From Candidatus Saccharimonadales bacterium (GTDB taxonomy: Bacteria > Patescibacteriota > Saccharimonadia > Saccharimonadales > EFPC-124): a stretch of 61,871 bases of DNA. The stretch is from contig DATEFB010000017.1 in the NCBI GenBank assembly GCA_035280845.1, positions 1-61,871 on the forward strand, written 5' to 3'. Positions 1-8,921 of the stretch are shown here, in pieces; within the stretch, counting starts at the first letter, position 1, and the number at the start of each line of letters is the position of its first letter. The notes under the pieces were generated by a model. It saw only the letters and a program-made list of their open reading frames with translations, did not search any database and was not told where the DNA came from. Position numbers and translations under genes: made by a program.

Positions 1-29
1 ATCCTCGACCGGTTGCGTCGGTAGGGTCC

Positions 30-60
30 GGGACCGCCGCGCATGACGCGCGGCGGTCCC
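30..60 (-). terminator. GC-rich stem-loop 3' of island gene A
   Basis: GGGACCGCCGCGC-ATGAC-GCGCGGCGGTCCC is a perfect 13-bp stem, 13 nt beyond the stop codon at 74-76. No U-tract. Confidence 0.6.
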
Positions 61-73
61 GGCGAAGCCACGA

Positions 74-841
74 TCAGCCGACGCTGTACTCCTTGTACAG
101 CAGCAGGCTGAGCAGCGTCTTCAGGCACACTTTGCCACCACGCTTCGCGGCGGTGCGGGCTTGGCTGAGCGGCACCACGATGATCTGGACGCGCTCGTCC
201 TCATGGGCGGCTCCGCCGAACTTGTTGTGGAGCTTGCGGATCTGCGCGGATGTAACTCGGGCCCTGACCACGAAGAACTTCACGGTTTCGTCCGAACCAC
301 CCGGGCTCACCAGGAATGGCTCGTCCGAGCCGACGGCGTACTCGCCCAGGTCGATCGGCTCGCCCCAGACAATGATGCCGTCGCCGTCCGTCTCCTCGCC
401 ATCTGGCGCGGCGTTGGCCAACTCCTCGTCGAGTTCGCGCAGCCCGGCCAGCTTGACCTGCTCGCCAGGGTCGACCATCCCCGAGGGGTTGGAGACGACC
501 GCCGACTGTGCGCCAGGCACACGCGGCTGGATCACGAAGACCACGTGCTCTTCGCTACTGCCGTCATCGAGCAGCGCCAGCATGTCCACGGTGGCGCCGC
601 GCAGAGTGCAGACGCCGTCGAGACGACGTTCGCCCTCGTACGCTTCGACCAGCAGGTGGAGCATCTTGATCTCGGGCGTCGGGCGGCCCCAGGCGTGGAC
701 TGCAAGCACCGTCACGGCGCGCAGTTCGATGCTCGGGCCGTCAGTAGCCAGGCGTTCCAGCCACTGCCGGAACACGTGCGATTGCCGCACCTCTTCGGGT
801 GTCGCCTGTACGCCTTCGGCGCAGGTGATCTGTGGATTCAT
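74..841 (-). CDS. NUDIX hydrolase, ADP-ribose pyrophosphatase-like (high-GC island gene A)
   Basis: 255 aa. The Nudix box reads G-MVDPG-E-QVKLAGL-RELDEE (GX5EX7REUXEE). A downstream SPGGSDE..FFVV segment is typical of ADPRase-type Nudix proteins. Third codon positions are very GC-rich. The overlapping ORFs 93..887 and 161..892 are Arg/Ser/Pro-rich wrong-frame artefacts. Confidence 0.65.
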   Translation of the reverse strand: MNPQITCAEGVQATPEEVRQSHVFRQWLERLATDGPSIELRAVTVLAVHAWGRPTPEIKMLHLLVEAYEGERRLDGVCTLRGATVDMLALLDDGSSEEHVVFVIQPRVPGAQSAVVSNPSGMVDPGEQVKLAGLRELDEELANAAPDGEETDGDGIIVWGEPIDLGEYAVGSDEPFLVSPGGSDETVKFFVVRARVTSAQIRKLHNKFGGAAHEDERVQIIVVPLSQARTAAKRGGKVCLKTLLSLLLYKEYSVG

Positions 842-920
842 TGCTGCCTTCCGTTGTATCCGGATGGGACATTGTGCGAATCGATAATATAATGTTTTTT
901 ACCGTATTGGCAAATAATGA

Positions 921-1556
921 CTAGTCTTCGAGAACCTTTTTCAACTTTTCGGGGTGAATAAGAATATTTTGGCGGCCCAGAATCAGCAGGCCGTGCTTCT
1001 CGAACCTGTTTAAGATTTTGCCCGTCGTTTCGCGCGAAAGCCGTATGCTGCTTGCAAGTTCCTGGATCGTCAGCGGGCAATTTATAATAGTGTGGTCTTT
1101 GTTATATGTGCCAAACCGCTCCGCCAAAAACAGCAGTTTAAACGCGATACGCTGGTCTGCGGAATCAATGTTGAGGTTAATAAGGTCGCTGAAAACTGCA
1201 AATGTCTGGTGAAGGACCGCGCGCATAGTGCCCGGCTCGCGTTCGATATAGGCCTTGAACTCATCGAGTGGTTTTATGCGCACCGTCACTTCTGTAAACG
1301 CAAAGAATGCGACATCCATTTGGGTGTTATCGAAGATCCATTTGGCGGGGAACAGCTCATTCACGCCATAAATATGCTGGATACGCTCGTTGCCGTCTTT
1401 TGTGCTTGTGACGATTTTGACCGCCCCTTTGGTAATCCAGAATGCTTTGTCTGGCTGTTCGCCATAGTTAAGAATAAGTGCGCGTCGGGTATATACCCGC
1501 TCTCGCCCGTCAGCAAAAAAGGTGTTTAGTTTGGCAGTTGCTTCCTGGCTATCCAT
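921..1556 (-). CDS. Crp/Fnr family transcriptional regulator
   Basis: 211 aa with an N-terminal cNMP-binding-like beta-roll and a C-terminal HTH (TIQELASSIRLSRETTGKILNRFEKHGLL). Confidence 0.85.
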   Translation of the reverse strand: MDSQEATAKLNTFFADGRERVYTRRALILNYGEQPDKAFWITKGAVKIVTSTKDGNERIQHIYGVNELFPAKWIFDNTQMDVAFFAFTEVTVRIKPLDEFKAYIEREPGTMRAVLHQTFAVFSDLINLNIDSADQRIAFKLLFLAERFGTYNKDHTIINCPLTIQELASSIRLSRETTGKILNRFEKHGLLILGRQNILIHPEKLKKVLED

Positions 1557-1640
1557 AATCCCTCAGAGTTACAGATATTATTATACCGCCACGCACAACC
1601 TATGCGAAAGAAATATGTCACGCCCTATGCACGCGGACCA

Positions 1641-2438
1641 CTATTTTTTAAACAGCAAAGAAAGAATAAGCAGAGCCAGAGCCGAAAGCACAATCGCACC
1701 ACCAGCCGCTATACCGGCGTAGAATGACACAACCAGGCCAGCCATAACAGCAATGGCCGCAACACTGATAGCCAACCCCATTGTTTGTGCGAAGCTGCGG
1801 GCAAATTGACTGGCGGTCACCACGGGCATAACCAGTAGGGCGCTCATGAGCAGGCCGCCGACAATCCGCAAGCTCAACACAACAATAACAGCGGTTGCAG
1901 CCGCGAGCAGGTAATTAAGTAGCCATACTTTGTAGCCAGCAATCCGCGCTCCGTCTTCGTCGAAGGCAATGTGCAGCAGGGCACGGTAGTTAAAGCCAAC
2001 AATAGCCACTATGCCAAGAGCGGCGCCAGCCAGCATAACAATGTCTTGGTCGGTGGTGGTAGTTATGCTACCAAACAGGTAGCTTGTAAAGTCCGTGCTC
2101 GAACCTGGCGCCAGGTTAGCCAGAACAACGGCAAGAGCCAGGCCCGAGCTCATAAGTATTGCCAGGCTAATTTCGCCACTGATTTTGCGGCTCTGGCGCA
2201 GCCATTCCAGAGCAATGGCGCCGCAGATCGCCACGGGAATTGCCAGTGGTACTGGTGCGACTCCAAACAGCAGCCCGGCGCTTACTCCGGCGAGGCTCAT
2301 ATGGGCGAGGCTGTCGGTGATAAGCGAATACCGCCGCGCGACCAGAAAGCTACCCATTATAGGCACAGCTACTGCAACAATAAGCCCGGCAATAAAAGCG
2401 CGGACCATAAAGCCGTAGTCGAATATCTCAAGCATCAT
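1641..2438 (-). CDS. metal (Zn/Mn-type) ABC transporter permease
   Basis: Multi-pass membrane protein of the ZnuB/MntB/TroC type. Start trimmed to MMLEIFDYGF (ATGATG at 2438), which overlaps the upstream ATPase stop by 11 nt. Confidence 0.85.
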   Translation of the reverse strand: MMLEIFDYGFMVRAFIAGLIVAVAVPIMGSFLVARRYSLITDSLAHMSLAGVSAGLLFGVAPVPLAIPVAICGAIALEWLRQSRKISGEISLAILMSSGLALAVVLANLAPGSSTDFTSYLFGSITTTTDQDIVMLAGAALGIVAIVGFNYRALLHIAFDEDGARIAGYKVWLLNYLLAAATAVIVVLSLRIVGGLLMSALLVMPVVTASQFARSFAQTMGLAISVAAIAVMAGLVVSFYAGIAAGGAIVLSALALLILSLLFKK

Positions 2439-3207
2439 CGTCTCCGTGGTGGTGGTGAAGCATGCGGTGCTGTGCGTTATAGAGGCGAGGCAGATACTTG
2501 TCGGCTTCAAAGTGCTCTGGCGGGCCGTCGTACACAATGCTTCGGTTGAGGCAGACTACGCGCATGACCTGGCTCAAAACAGTGTCAACGTCGTGCGATA
2601 CCATAACGATTGCCAGGCCTTCTTTTTGAAGCCCGGCCAAGATGTGGTAAAACTCGGCTTGCGAGCGTTCGTCGATACCTGTCGTTGGCTCATCTAAAAA
2701 GAGTACTGCAGGGTCGCCCGCTAGCGCCTTGGCTATGAGCACGCGCTGCTGCTGGCCGCCCGAAAGGGTAGTGAAGCGCTTGCTGGCTGTATTGGCCATG
2801 TGTACAGCTGCAAGTGCCGCGTGGGCTTTGGCCTTGTTGCCGCGCGATCCCAGTAGCGCCACTTCGAGGACGCTGATTGGAATGGGGCTGTCGTGCATGG
2901 CGCTTCGCTGGGGTACGTAGCCAATTGCTCCGGCATATTTTTTAACGCTGCCGGCACCGTGTTTTAGCAGGCCAAGCATGACTTTTAGCAGGGTGGTTTT
3001 GCCCGCTCCGTTTGGTCCAATGATTCCTATGAATTCGCCCTGGTGAATGCATAGCGACACGTCGTCGAGGACGGTTTGCCCGCCAAAGGCAAGGCTCACA
3101 TTGTCGAGGTCAATAAGCGCCCTACTGGCATCCGAGTGCTGTGCGGAGCGCTGCGAGGTTTTGTCGCTGGACAGAGAGGTAATTCTTTCCTTGTTTTTGG
3201 TCTTCAT
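2428..3207 (-). CDS. metal ABC transporter ATP-binding protein
   Basis: Walker A GPNGAGKTT, signature LSGGQQQR, Walker B LFLDEP. The only in-frame start leaves a 30-aa N-terminal extension and an 86-nt overlap with the upstream binding-protein gene. Confidence 0.9.
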   Translation of the reverse strand: MKTKNKERITSLSSDKTSQRSAQHSDASRALIDLDNVSLAFGGQTVLDDVSLCIHQGEFIGIIGPNGAGKTTLLKVMLGLLKHGAGSVKKYAGAIGYVPQRSAMHDSPIPISVLEVALLGSRGNKAKAHAALAAVHMANTASKRFTTLSGGQQQRVLIAKALAGDPAVLFLDEPTTGIDERSQAEFYHILAGLQKEGLAIVMVSHDVDTVLSQVMRVVCLNRSIVYDGPPEHFEADKYLPRLYNAQHRMLHHHHGDDDA

Positions 3208-4021
3208 CGCTCAATCCTTCAATGGGGTCAAGGGCGGCGGTCTTTGCGCCGGTTTCTGTTGCTATGGTATCAGCTAAACGGGGACTCACCAAACTTTCAA
3301 AGAAGATGTATCCAATGCCCTGTTGGCGCACTGCCTGGCTGATTTCGGCTAGTTTGGCAGGGCTTGGTTCTTCATCGGGGCTAATGCCCGTGATTGCCAT
3401 GATCTCGAAGTTGTAGCGCTTGCCAATATAGCTAAACGCGTCGTGCGAGGCCACGATGGTGTGTTTTTGGCAGGTGGCCAGCCCGCTAGTAAAGTCAGTG
3501 TCCAGAGCGGCGAGTCTGGCCTTGTAGGCGGTAGCATTTTTAACAAACGTATCTTTGTGTTGGGGTGCTGCTGCAATCAGGCCGTTGGCGATAGCATCTA
3601 TCGTCCCTTGGGCAAGCACGGGGTCAAGCCAAAAATGCGGGTCCTGCGCATCTTCCATTGCAATCAACGGCAAGCCTGCAGAGGTCTTGACTGCCACATT
3701 TTTATAGTCGGGCAGAAATTTTTCGGCCCACGGCTCAAATGAAGCGCCATTATATATGAATACCTGCGACTTTTGTGCAGCAATCAGCTGCTGGGGCGAA
3801 GGCTCAAAATCGTGCGGCTCGGCACCAGCTGGTGTAATGTTGGTAACGGTGGCAAGGTCGCCAGCTACTGCCCTGCTAAATTCGTAGAGCGGGTAAAACG
3901 TGGTCGTGACCTTTAGGGAGCCATTTTGTTGCGACGGCCGGTTAGCGGTAGTCAGGAATATACCTGTGCCAATAATGCCAGCCAGTATAACCAATCCAAG
4001 AATCTTTTTTACGTTCATCAT
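3122..4021 (-). CDS. metal ABC transporter substrate-binding protein (TroA/ZnuA-like)
   Basis: 299 aa with an N-terminal signal anchor and cluster-9 SBP-like sequence (EPHDFEPSP, DPHFWLDP). It is the first gene of the SBP-ATPase-permease operon. Confidence 0.85.
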   Translation of the reverse strand: MMNVKKILGLVILAGIIGTGIFLTTANRPSQQNGSLKVTTTFYPLYEFSRAVAGDLATVTNITPAGAEPHDFEPSPQQLIAAQKSQVFIYNGASFEPWAEKFLPDYKNVAVKTSAGLPLIAMEDAQDPHFWLDPVLAQGTIDAIANGLIAAAPQHKDTFVKNATAYKARLAALDTDFTSGLATCQKHTIVASHDAFSYIGKRYNFEIMAITGISPDEEPSPAKLAEISQAVRQQGIGYIFFESLVSPRLADTIATETGAKTAALDPIEGLSDEDQKQGKNYLSVQRQNLAALRTALGCQ

Positions 4022-4173
4022 TGCATTCCTTATTCAGTAACAGGTTCAGTGTAGACCTATCTGCGCTATCTTTGCAATTTTGTCGCAAAAGTATTTGTTT
4101 TTGCCACAATTCCGTTATTCAACCCAGCCACATACCGCTATAATGTCTTAAGGCTATTTAACGAAGGGCACAA

Positions 4174-4785
4174 GTGCTTGGCTCAGAGTTTTTGATTTTT
4201 GCCGTTATCCTCCGCGTGTTGTCGGGGCTGGACTATCTGCTGGCAACCCTGGGCGGCCAGGCAAAACCCAATCCTGTCACATGGCTTTTTTGGGGTCTTG
4301 CACCGCTTGTTGCATTCTTGGCCCAAATAGAAAAAACAATCGAACCGTCTGCATGGGTGACCCTGGCGCTGAGCGCGGGGCCACTTTTAATTTTTGTCGT
4401 TTCACTTACTAAAGGGAGACGCTGGAAGGTCGGCCCATTCGACATTTTGTGCGGTGCCAGCGCGGGCATTGGCATTGTGTTGTGGCAAATTACCAGTGAT
4501 CCAGTGATGGCGATTATTTTCGGTATCCTGGCAGATATTCTGGGCGGAATACCGACAATCATAAAATCATATAAAGTGCCTGGATCCGAGAAAGCCACTC
4601 CTTATTTGTTGAGCGTTTGCAGCATGGTGTTAACACTGGCCACAATCCAGTCGTGGCGGTTTGTCGATTACGCTTTTCCTGTGTACATTCTGCTCATAAA
4701 CATACTTCTGTTCGTATTGATTTCGACGCGGATGGGCGAACGGACCCCTAAAATCCTTGACAACACCCAGCCTGTTCGCCGATGA
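4174..4785 (+). CDS. hypothetical multi-pass membrane protein
   Basis: 203 aa with a GTG start and about 6 hydrophobic segments. No family recognised. Confidence 0.5.
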   Translation: MLGSEFLIFAVILRVLSGLDYLLATLGGQAKPNPVTWLFWGLAPLVAFLAQIEKTIEPSAWVTLALSAGPLLIFVVSLTKGRRWKVGPFDILCGASAGIGIVLWQITSDPVMAIIFGILADILGGIPTIIKSYKVPGSEKATPYLLSVCSMVLTLATIQSWRFVDYAFPVYILLINILLFVLISTRMGERTPKILDNTQPVRR

Positions 4786-4819
4786 TTAAGGTAATTTATA
4801 GGCATAAGGATTAACGCAT

Positions 4820-6085
4820 ATGGAACCGAACTCAACGAGCCCGCAAGTGCAACCAGTAGATCCGCCCCAGACGCCACCTGCGCCGCAGCCGTCTGTCACG
4901 CCCCCGCCTTCTGTTCCCCCGACGCCTTTTTCTGGATCAGGGCAAACACCCGGCCAGCCTAAACCGACGCGCAGCAGGCTCATGCCTGTTATTGTCGCCG
5001 CCGCTGTGTTGTTGGCGGCGGCAGGCGCCTACGGTGCCTGGACCTACTTTCAGAACGCCAACAAGCCCGCGACAGCCCGTGTAAAGATTGGCGTCATGAT
5101 GGCCTTTAGTGGTGGTTCCAGTAGTATGGGCTATGGCGCCATGAAGGGTGTCCAGCTTGCCAAGAAGCAGCTCGCCGCCGACAACCTCGAGATTATCCAG
5201 GAAGATTCCAAGTGCGACCCCAAAGTTGCTGCGGAATCAATTAAGCGCCTGATCGAACAGAATGTTGCTGCCATTATTGGCGAGGGCTGCTCGAGCGCCA
5301 CGGTCGCAGCGTTGCCTGCCGCGAATAATGCCAAAATCCCGCTCATCAGCCCATCGGCTTCTAGCCCAACGCTTAGTAACCCGAATGATTATTTCTTCCG
5401 CGTCGTTCCGCCCGACACATTTCAGGGATCGTTCATGGCACAGGCCATTTATGACAAAGGCATCCGCAACGTGGCCGTGTTTTACACAAACGAGCCGTAC
5501 GGCAGTGGTATGAACACCGTGTTCCGCGAAAAGTTTGAGGCGCTGGGCGGTAAAGTAGTGGCTACGGCTTCGGGCGAGCCCGATGTTATCGACCTTGGCA
5601 CGCAGATTACCGGGCTTAAAAATGCCAAACCACAGGCGATCTTTGTCGCGCCAAACTCGGTGGTAACGGCAACGGCAGTCCTTAAGCTCTCGCGAGAGGC
5701 TGGCATGAACGTGCCCTTCTTCGGTGCTGACATTATGTATGACACAACCATCATAAATAATGCCAAAGAAGCGTCCGAAGGCCTGACAATTTCATCATTC
5801 CCAACCGGCACAAAGGCGTTCAAGCAGTCACTCATTAACGAATACCAAAAGACCGAGCAGCTGTATGCCGCCCCGCAGGCCTACGACATTGTGCGCGCCT
5901 TGCAGATTGCCGTGCAAGATGGCGCGACCACTGGTGAGCAGATTAAAAACGCGCTGCCCAATATAACGTTCGAAGGCGTGTCGGGTAAGATCAAGTTCGA
6001 CCAAAATGGCGAAATCTCCGATAAAGACTATAAGTACGACCTTTTCCAGGTGAAAGACGGCACCTTTGAGCTGGTAAGCCAGTAG
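4820..6085 (+). CDS. LivJ-like (Peripla_BP_6) solute-binding protein, orphan, membrane-anchored
   Basis: 421 aa. A Pro-rich N-terminus and TM anchor are followed by a type-1 periplasmic binding fold (KIGVMMAFSGG..GYGAMKGVQLA..AAIIGEGCSS). No cognate permease or ATPase is adjacent. Confidence 0.8.
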   Translation: MEPNSTSPQVQPVDPPQTPPAPQPSVTPPPSVPPTPFSGSGQTPGQPKPTRSRLMPVIVAAAVLLAAAGAYGAWTYFQNANKPATARVKIGVMMAFSGGSSSMGYGAMKGVQLAKKQLAADNLEIIQEDSKCDPKVAAESIKRLIEQNVAAIIGEGCSSATVAALPAANNAKIPLISPSASSPTLSNPNDYFFRVVPPDTFQGSFMAQAIYDKGIRNVAVFYTNEPYGSGMNTVFREKFEALGGKVVATASGEPDVIDLGTQITGLKNAKPQAIFVAPNSVVTATAVLKLSREAGMNVPFFGADIMYDTTIINNAKEASEGLTISSFPTGTKAFKQSLINEYQKTEQLYAAPQAYDIVRALQIAVQDGATTGEQIKNALPNITFEGVSGKIKFDQNGEISDKDYKYDLFQVKDGTFELVSQ

Positions 6086-6106
6086 GGTGGTCGGAAGGGC
6101 ACCGAA

Positions 6107-8338
6107 GTGAGCATCCGAACAAAATTAACGCTTCTAATGCTCTTTATAGGCCTGTTGCCAACGGTGGTTGTGAGTGTGCTTGCCTACGCCACGATCAGTA
6201 ATGGGTTGACGCGTAAAACTGCCGAACAGCTCATTAGCTCATCGACCAAGCAGGAGCAAAAAATCAATGGCTTGCTGCAAAAACGGCAAGAGGACGCCGC
6301 GCAGCTTTCGAACCGCTTTGATTTGCAAACCGAGCTGGGACGATACATGACGTCTATGGGCAAGCAGGGGCAGGAGCGGCTATCGGCCATTCTGCTCGAT
6401 AAAAAAGTAGCGACGCCCGAGATCCAGACTATTCATTTGGCTGACCTTGAAGGCAAAGTTATAGCCACGACCCTCCGCGGCGCCGAGGGCTCGCAATTGA
6501 CTGGCGCTGATACGAATTTGCCCGCCGGCCAAGAAACATCAACCACGGTCCGCGAAGACCAGCGCGATGGTATTAACAAGCTTTTTATTACGACCCGCAT
6601 TAGCGTGAACAAAAACGAATCTGGCATCCTAAGCATTATTTTCCGGATGGATGACATTGTGGCAGCAGTGCAGGACTACACCGGCCTGGGCGCTACGGGT
6701 GAGACAGTTGTTGCTGCGCGCACTGCCGACGGCAATGCTATTTCGCTCTTCCCTCTGCGTTTTAAGACTGACGCCGCGCTGGAGTCTAACCTCAATTCAC
6801 TGCAATTGTTCAGCCAGTTTAATGATGGCTATAAAGACCTGGTTGACTACCGCGGGCACGATGTTATGGTTGCGGCCCGAGGCATTGGCTTTGCCAACTG
6901 GGTACTGGCAACCAAAATCGACAAAGACGAGGCTTTGGCCCAAATTGATCAGCTGCGTAACGCTTTGCTGGTGATTGTGGTCATATCGTCGGTCGCAATT
7001 ATAATGATCGCACTGTATTTTACGCGGTTCTTTACAAAGCCAATTCTGCACATCGCCGAAGTCGCCCAGCGGATTGGTAGGGGAGACTTCTCGCCGCGAG
7101 TGCTTTTAAAGCGAACCGACGAAATTGGCAAGCTGGCAGGCAGCATTAATACCATGGGTTCAAGTTTGAATGAGTTTGTGACCAGTATTGAGGCTCAACG
7201 CAACCGGCTTGAAGTGATTTTAAACAGCATCACCGAAAGTATTTTAGCCATAGACAAGCAAGGGGCAATTATTATTGCCAACCAGGCCGCCAGCCAGCTG
7301 ACACAACGCAAGCCCGAAGAAATCGTTGGGCAAAACATTGCGCACGTTTTTAGCTGGACACAAGACGGCCAGCCATTCGTCATTGATTATTTTAACCAGA
7401 CCGATGCCAAGGCCTATGACGGGCTGCAATACACCGACCAAACCGGCATGGTGCATCACGTAAAGTTGATTGTGGCAAAAGCGAGCCATCAGCAGGAGCA
7501 AAGCGCTGCACAGACCATTGTGACGATTCACGACGAGACCAAGAGCCGCGAGCTCGAAGCAATGAAGGTCGACTTTGTGTCTATGGCCGCTCATGAACTG
7601 CGCACGCCGCTCGCTGCAATCCGTGGTTATCTGGAACTCATTACATTTAAGGGCAATAAAAGCCTCTCGAGCGACACGGATTCCTATCTAAAGCAAGCGC
7701 TTAAAAGCACTACCGAACTTGGCGGGCTTATTAATAACCTGCTTGACGTCACGCGTATCGAGCGGGGCACACTGACATTTAACCTCGAAAAAGTAGATAT
7801 TGCCGCCGATGTAAAGCAGGCGGTCCAGGATGCCGGGTTCACAGCCCAAGATAAACATATAGCCATAACGTACGCCGGGCCAGCCGACAGTTGTTTTGTC
7901 ATTGCCGACCAAATTGCTCTGCACGAAGTGGTCAACAACCTCATTTCAAATGCCATTAAATATACCGATGCCAACGGTACGGTAGAGGTGTCGCTTGTGC
8001 CCGAAGGCACCATGTACCGGGTGAGCATAAAAGATACCGGCATGGGCATTCCAAAGCAAGCCCAGCCTAACTTGTTCACTAAGTTTTACCGCGTGCATGG
8101 TGGCCTGAACAGCGGCAGTACGGGCACGGGACTCGGCCTGTTTATCTCTAAGTCAATTGTTGAACGGCATAACGGCACGATTACGGTTAGTTCGCAAGAA
8201 GGTGTTGGCTCTGTGTTTAGCTTTACTATTCCAATGTTTAGTGAAGAGCAGTTCGCGGCCTTGCAGACCGAGCGGCAACCAAAGATAATAGCAACAAGGA
8301 GGCGACATGGCTGGATTACAAAAAATATTGCTCGTTGA
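6107..8338 (+). CDS. sensor histidine kinase (extracytoplasmic sensor-HAMP-PAS-HisKA-HATPase)
   Basis: 743 aa. Two TM segments flank a roughly 270-aa Cache-like loop. A HAMP and a PAS segment follow. H-box is MAAHELRTPL. N/G boxes are NLISNAIKYT and GTGLGLFISK. Confidence 0.9.
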   Translation: MSIRTKLTLLMLFIGLLPTVVVSVLAYATISNGLTRKTAEQLISSSTKQEQKINGLLQKRQEDAAQLSNRFDLQTELGRYMTSMGKQGQERLSAILLDKKVATPEIQTIHLADLEGKVIATTLRGAEGSQLTGADTNLPAGQETSTTVREDQRDGINKLFITTRISVNKNESGILSIIFRMDDIVAAVQDYTGLGATGETVVAARTADGNAISLFPLRFKTDAALESNLNSLQLFSQFNDGYKDLVDYRGHDVMVAARGIGFANWVLATKIDKDEALAQIDQLRNALLVIVVISSVAIIMIALYFTRFFTKPILHIAEVAQRIGRGDFSPRVLLKRTDEIGKLAGSINTMGSSLNEFVTSIEAQRNRLEVILNSITESILAIDKQGAIIIANQAASQLTQRKPEEIVGQNIAHVFSWTQDGQPFVIDYFNQTDAKAYDGLQYTDQTGMVHHVKLIVAKASHQQEQSAAQTIVTIHDETKSRELEAMKVDFVSMAAHELRTPLAAIRGYLELITFKGNKSLSSDTDSYLKQALKSTTELGGLINNLLDVTRIERGTLTFNLEKVDIAADVKQAVQDAGFTAQDKHIAITYAGPADSCFVIADQIALHEVVNNLISNAIKYTDANGTVEVSLVPEGTMYRVSIKDTGMGIPKQAQPNLFTKFYRVHGGLNSGSTGTGLGLFISKSIVERHNGTITVSSQEGVGSVFSFTIPMFSEEQFAALQTERQPKIIATRRRHGWITKNIAR

Positions 8339-8684
8339 AGACAACGCCCAATTAATTGAGATTTATCAGCTCTTTTTGCAAGAGCACGGTTTTGAAGTTG
8401 CAACAGCGGCAGACGGAGACGAAGCGTTGGTGGCGGCTAGGGACTTTGCACCTGACCTTATTTTTTTGGATGTCATGATGCCTAAGCGCGACGGGTTTGA
8501 GGTTCTGAAGGTGCTGCGGCATCAACCCGAATACAATAGCCAAAAAACAAAGATAGTCCTGTTGACCAACCTGGGTGACGCGTCAAAAGTAAGTCCGCAG
8601 GTCCACAAAGACATGGACGGGTATGTTATTAAGGCAGAGATTGTATTAAGCGATCTGCTCGATATTATAAAATCGCTCGAATAG
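8307..8684 (+). CDS. single-domain response regulator (CheY-like receiver)
   Basis: 125 aa, receiver domain only (LLVEDN..DLIFLDVMMPKRDG). AGGAGG Shine-Dalgarno. Overlaps the kinase 3' end by 32 nt. Confidence 0.85.
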   Translation: MAGLQKILLVEDNAQLIEIYQLFLQEHGFEVATAADGDEALVAARDFAPDLIFLDVMMPKRDGFEVLKVLRHQPEYNSQKTKIVLLTNLGDASKVSPQVHKDMDGYVIKAEIVLSDLLDIIKSLE

Positions 8685-8692
8685 GAGGGCAT

Positions 8693-8884
8693 ATGGAACC
8701 AGATCCCAATAAGCCACTCGACGGCAAAGACACATTCCTGGATATAAATGATCCAAAAGACGCGAACGCCGAAGCCAGGATGCCGCAGCCAAAAATCAGG
8801 CGGCTATGGTTGCTGTTGGGGACGATTGTTTTGCTGGCGTTGGTCGCGGCATCGCTCATTGCCTACAGTATTTTGGCATCATAA
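8693..8884 (+). CDS. small tail-anchored membrane protein
   Basis: 63 aa with a charged N-terminus and a single C-terminal TM. Strong SD (AGGAGGG). A bidirectional terminator lies directly 3'. Confidence 0.45.
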   Translation: MEPDPNKPLDGKDTFLDINDPKDANAEARMPQPKIRRLWLLLGTIVLLALVAASLIAYSILAS

Positions 8885-8888
8885 AACC

Positions 8889-8918
8889 AAAAAAAGACCG
8901 GCTATGGGCCGGTCTTTA
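8889..8918. terminator. bidirectional intrinsic terminator
   Basis: AAGACCGGC-loop-GCCGGTCTT, a 9-bp stem flanked by an A-run and a T-run, between convergent genes. Confidence 0.75.
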
Positions 8919-8921
8919 GCG

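Noticed and set aside
93-892. Long plus-strand ORFs (264 aa and 243 aa) covering the same DNA as the Nudix gene
   Set aside because: Their products are Ser/Arg/Pro/Ala-rich with no motifs. Long open frames on several phases are expected in DNA of about 70% G+C. The minus-strand frame carries a canonical Nudix box.
4071-4089. Imperfect inverted repeat TTTGCAATTTTGTCGCAAA upstream of the metal ABC operon, considered as a Zur/MntR-type operator
   Set aside because: Only the outer 5-6 bp are complementary. It does not resemble the Zur or MntR box consensus I know. Too weak to call.
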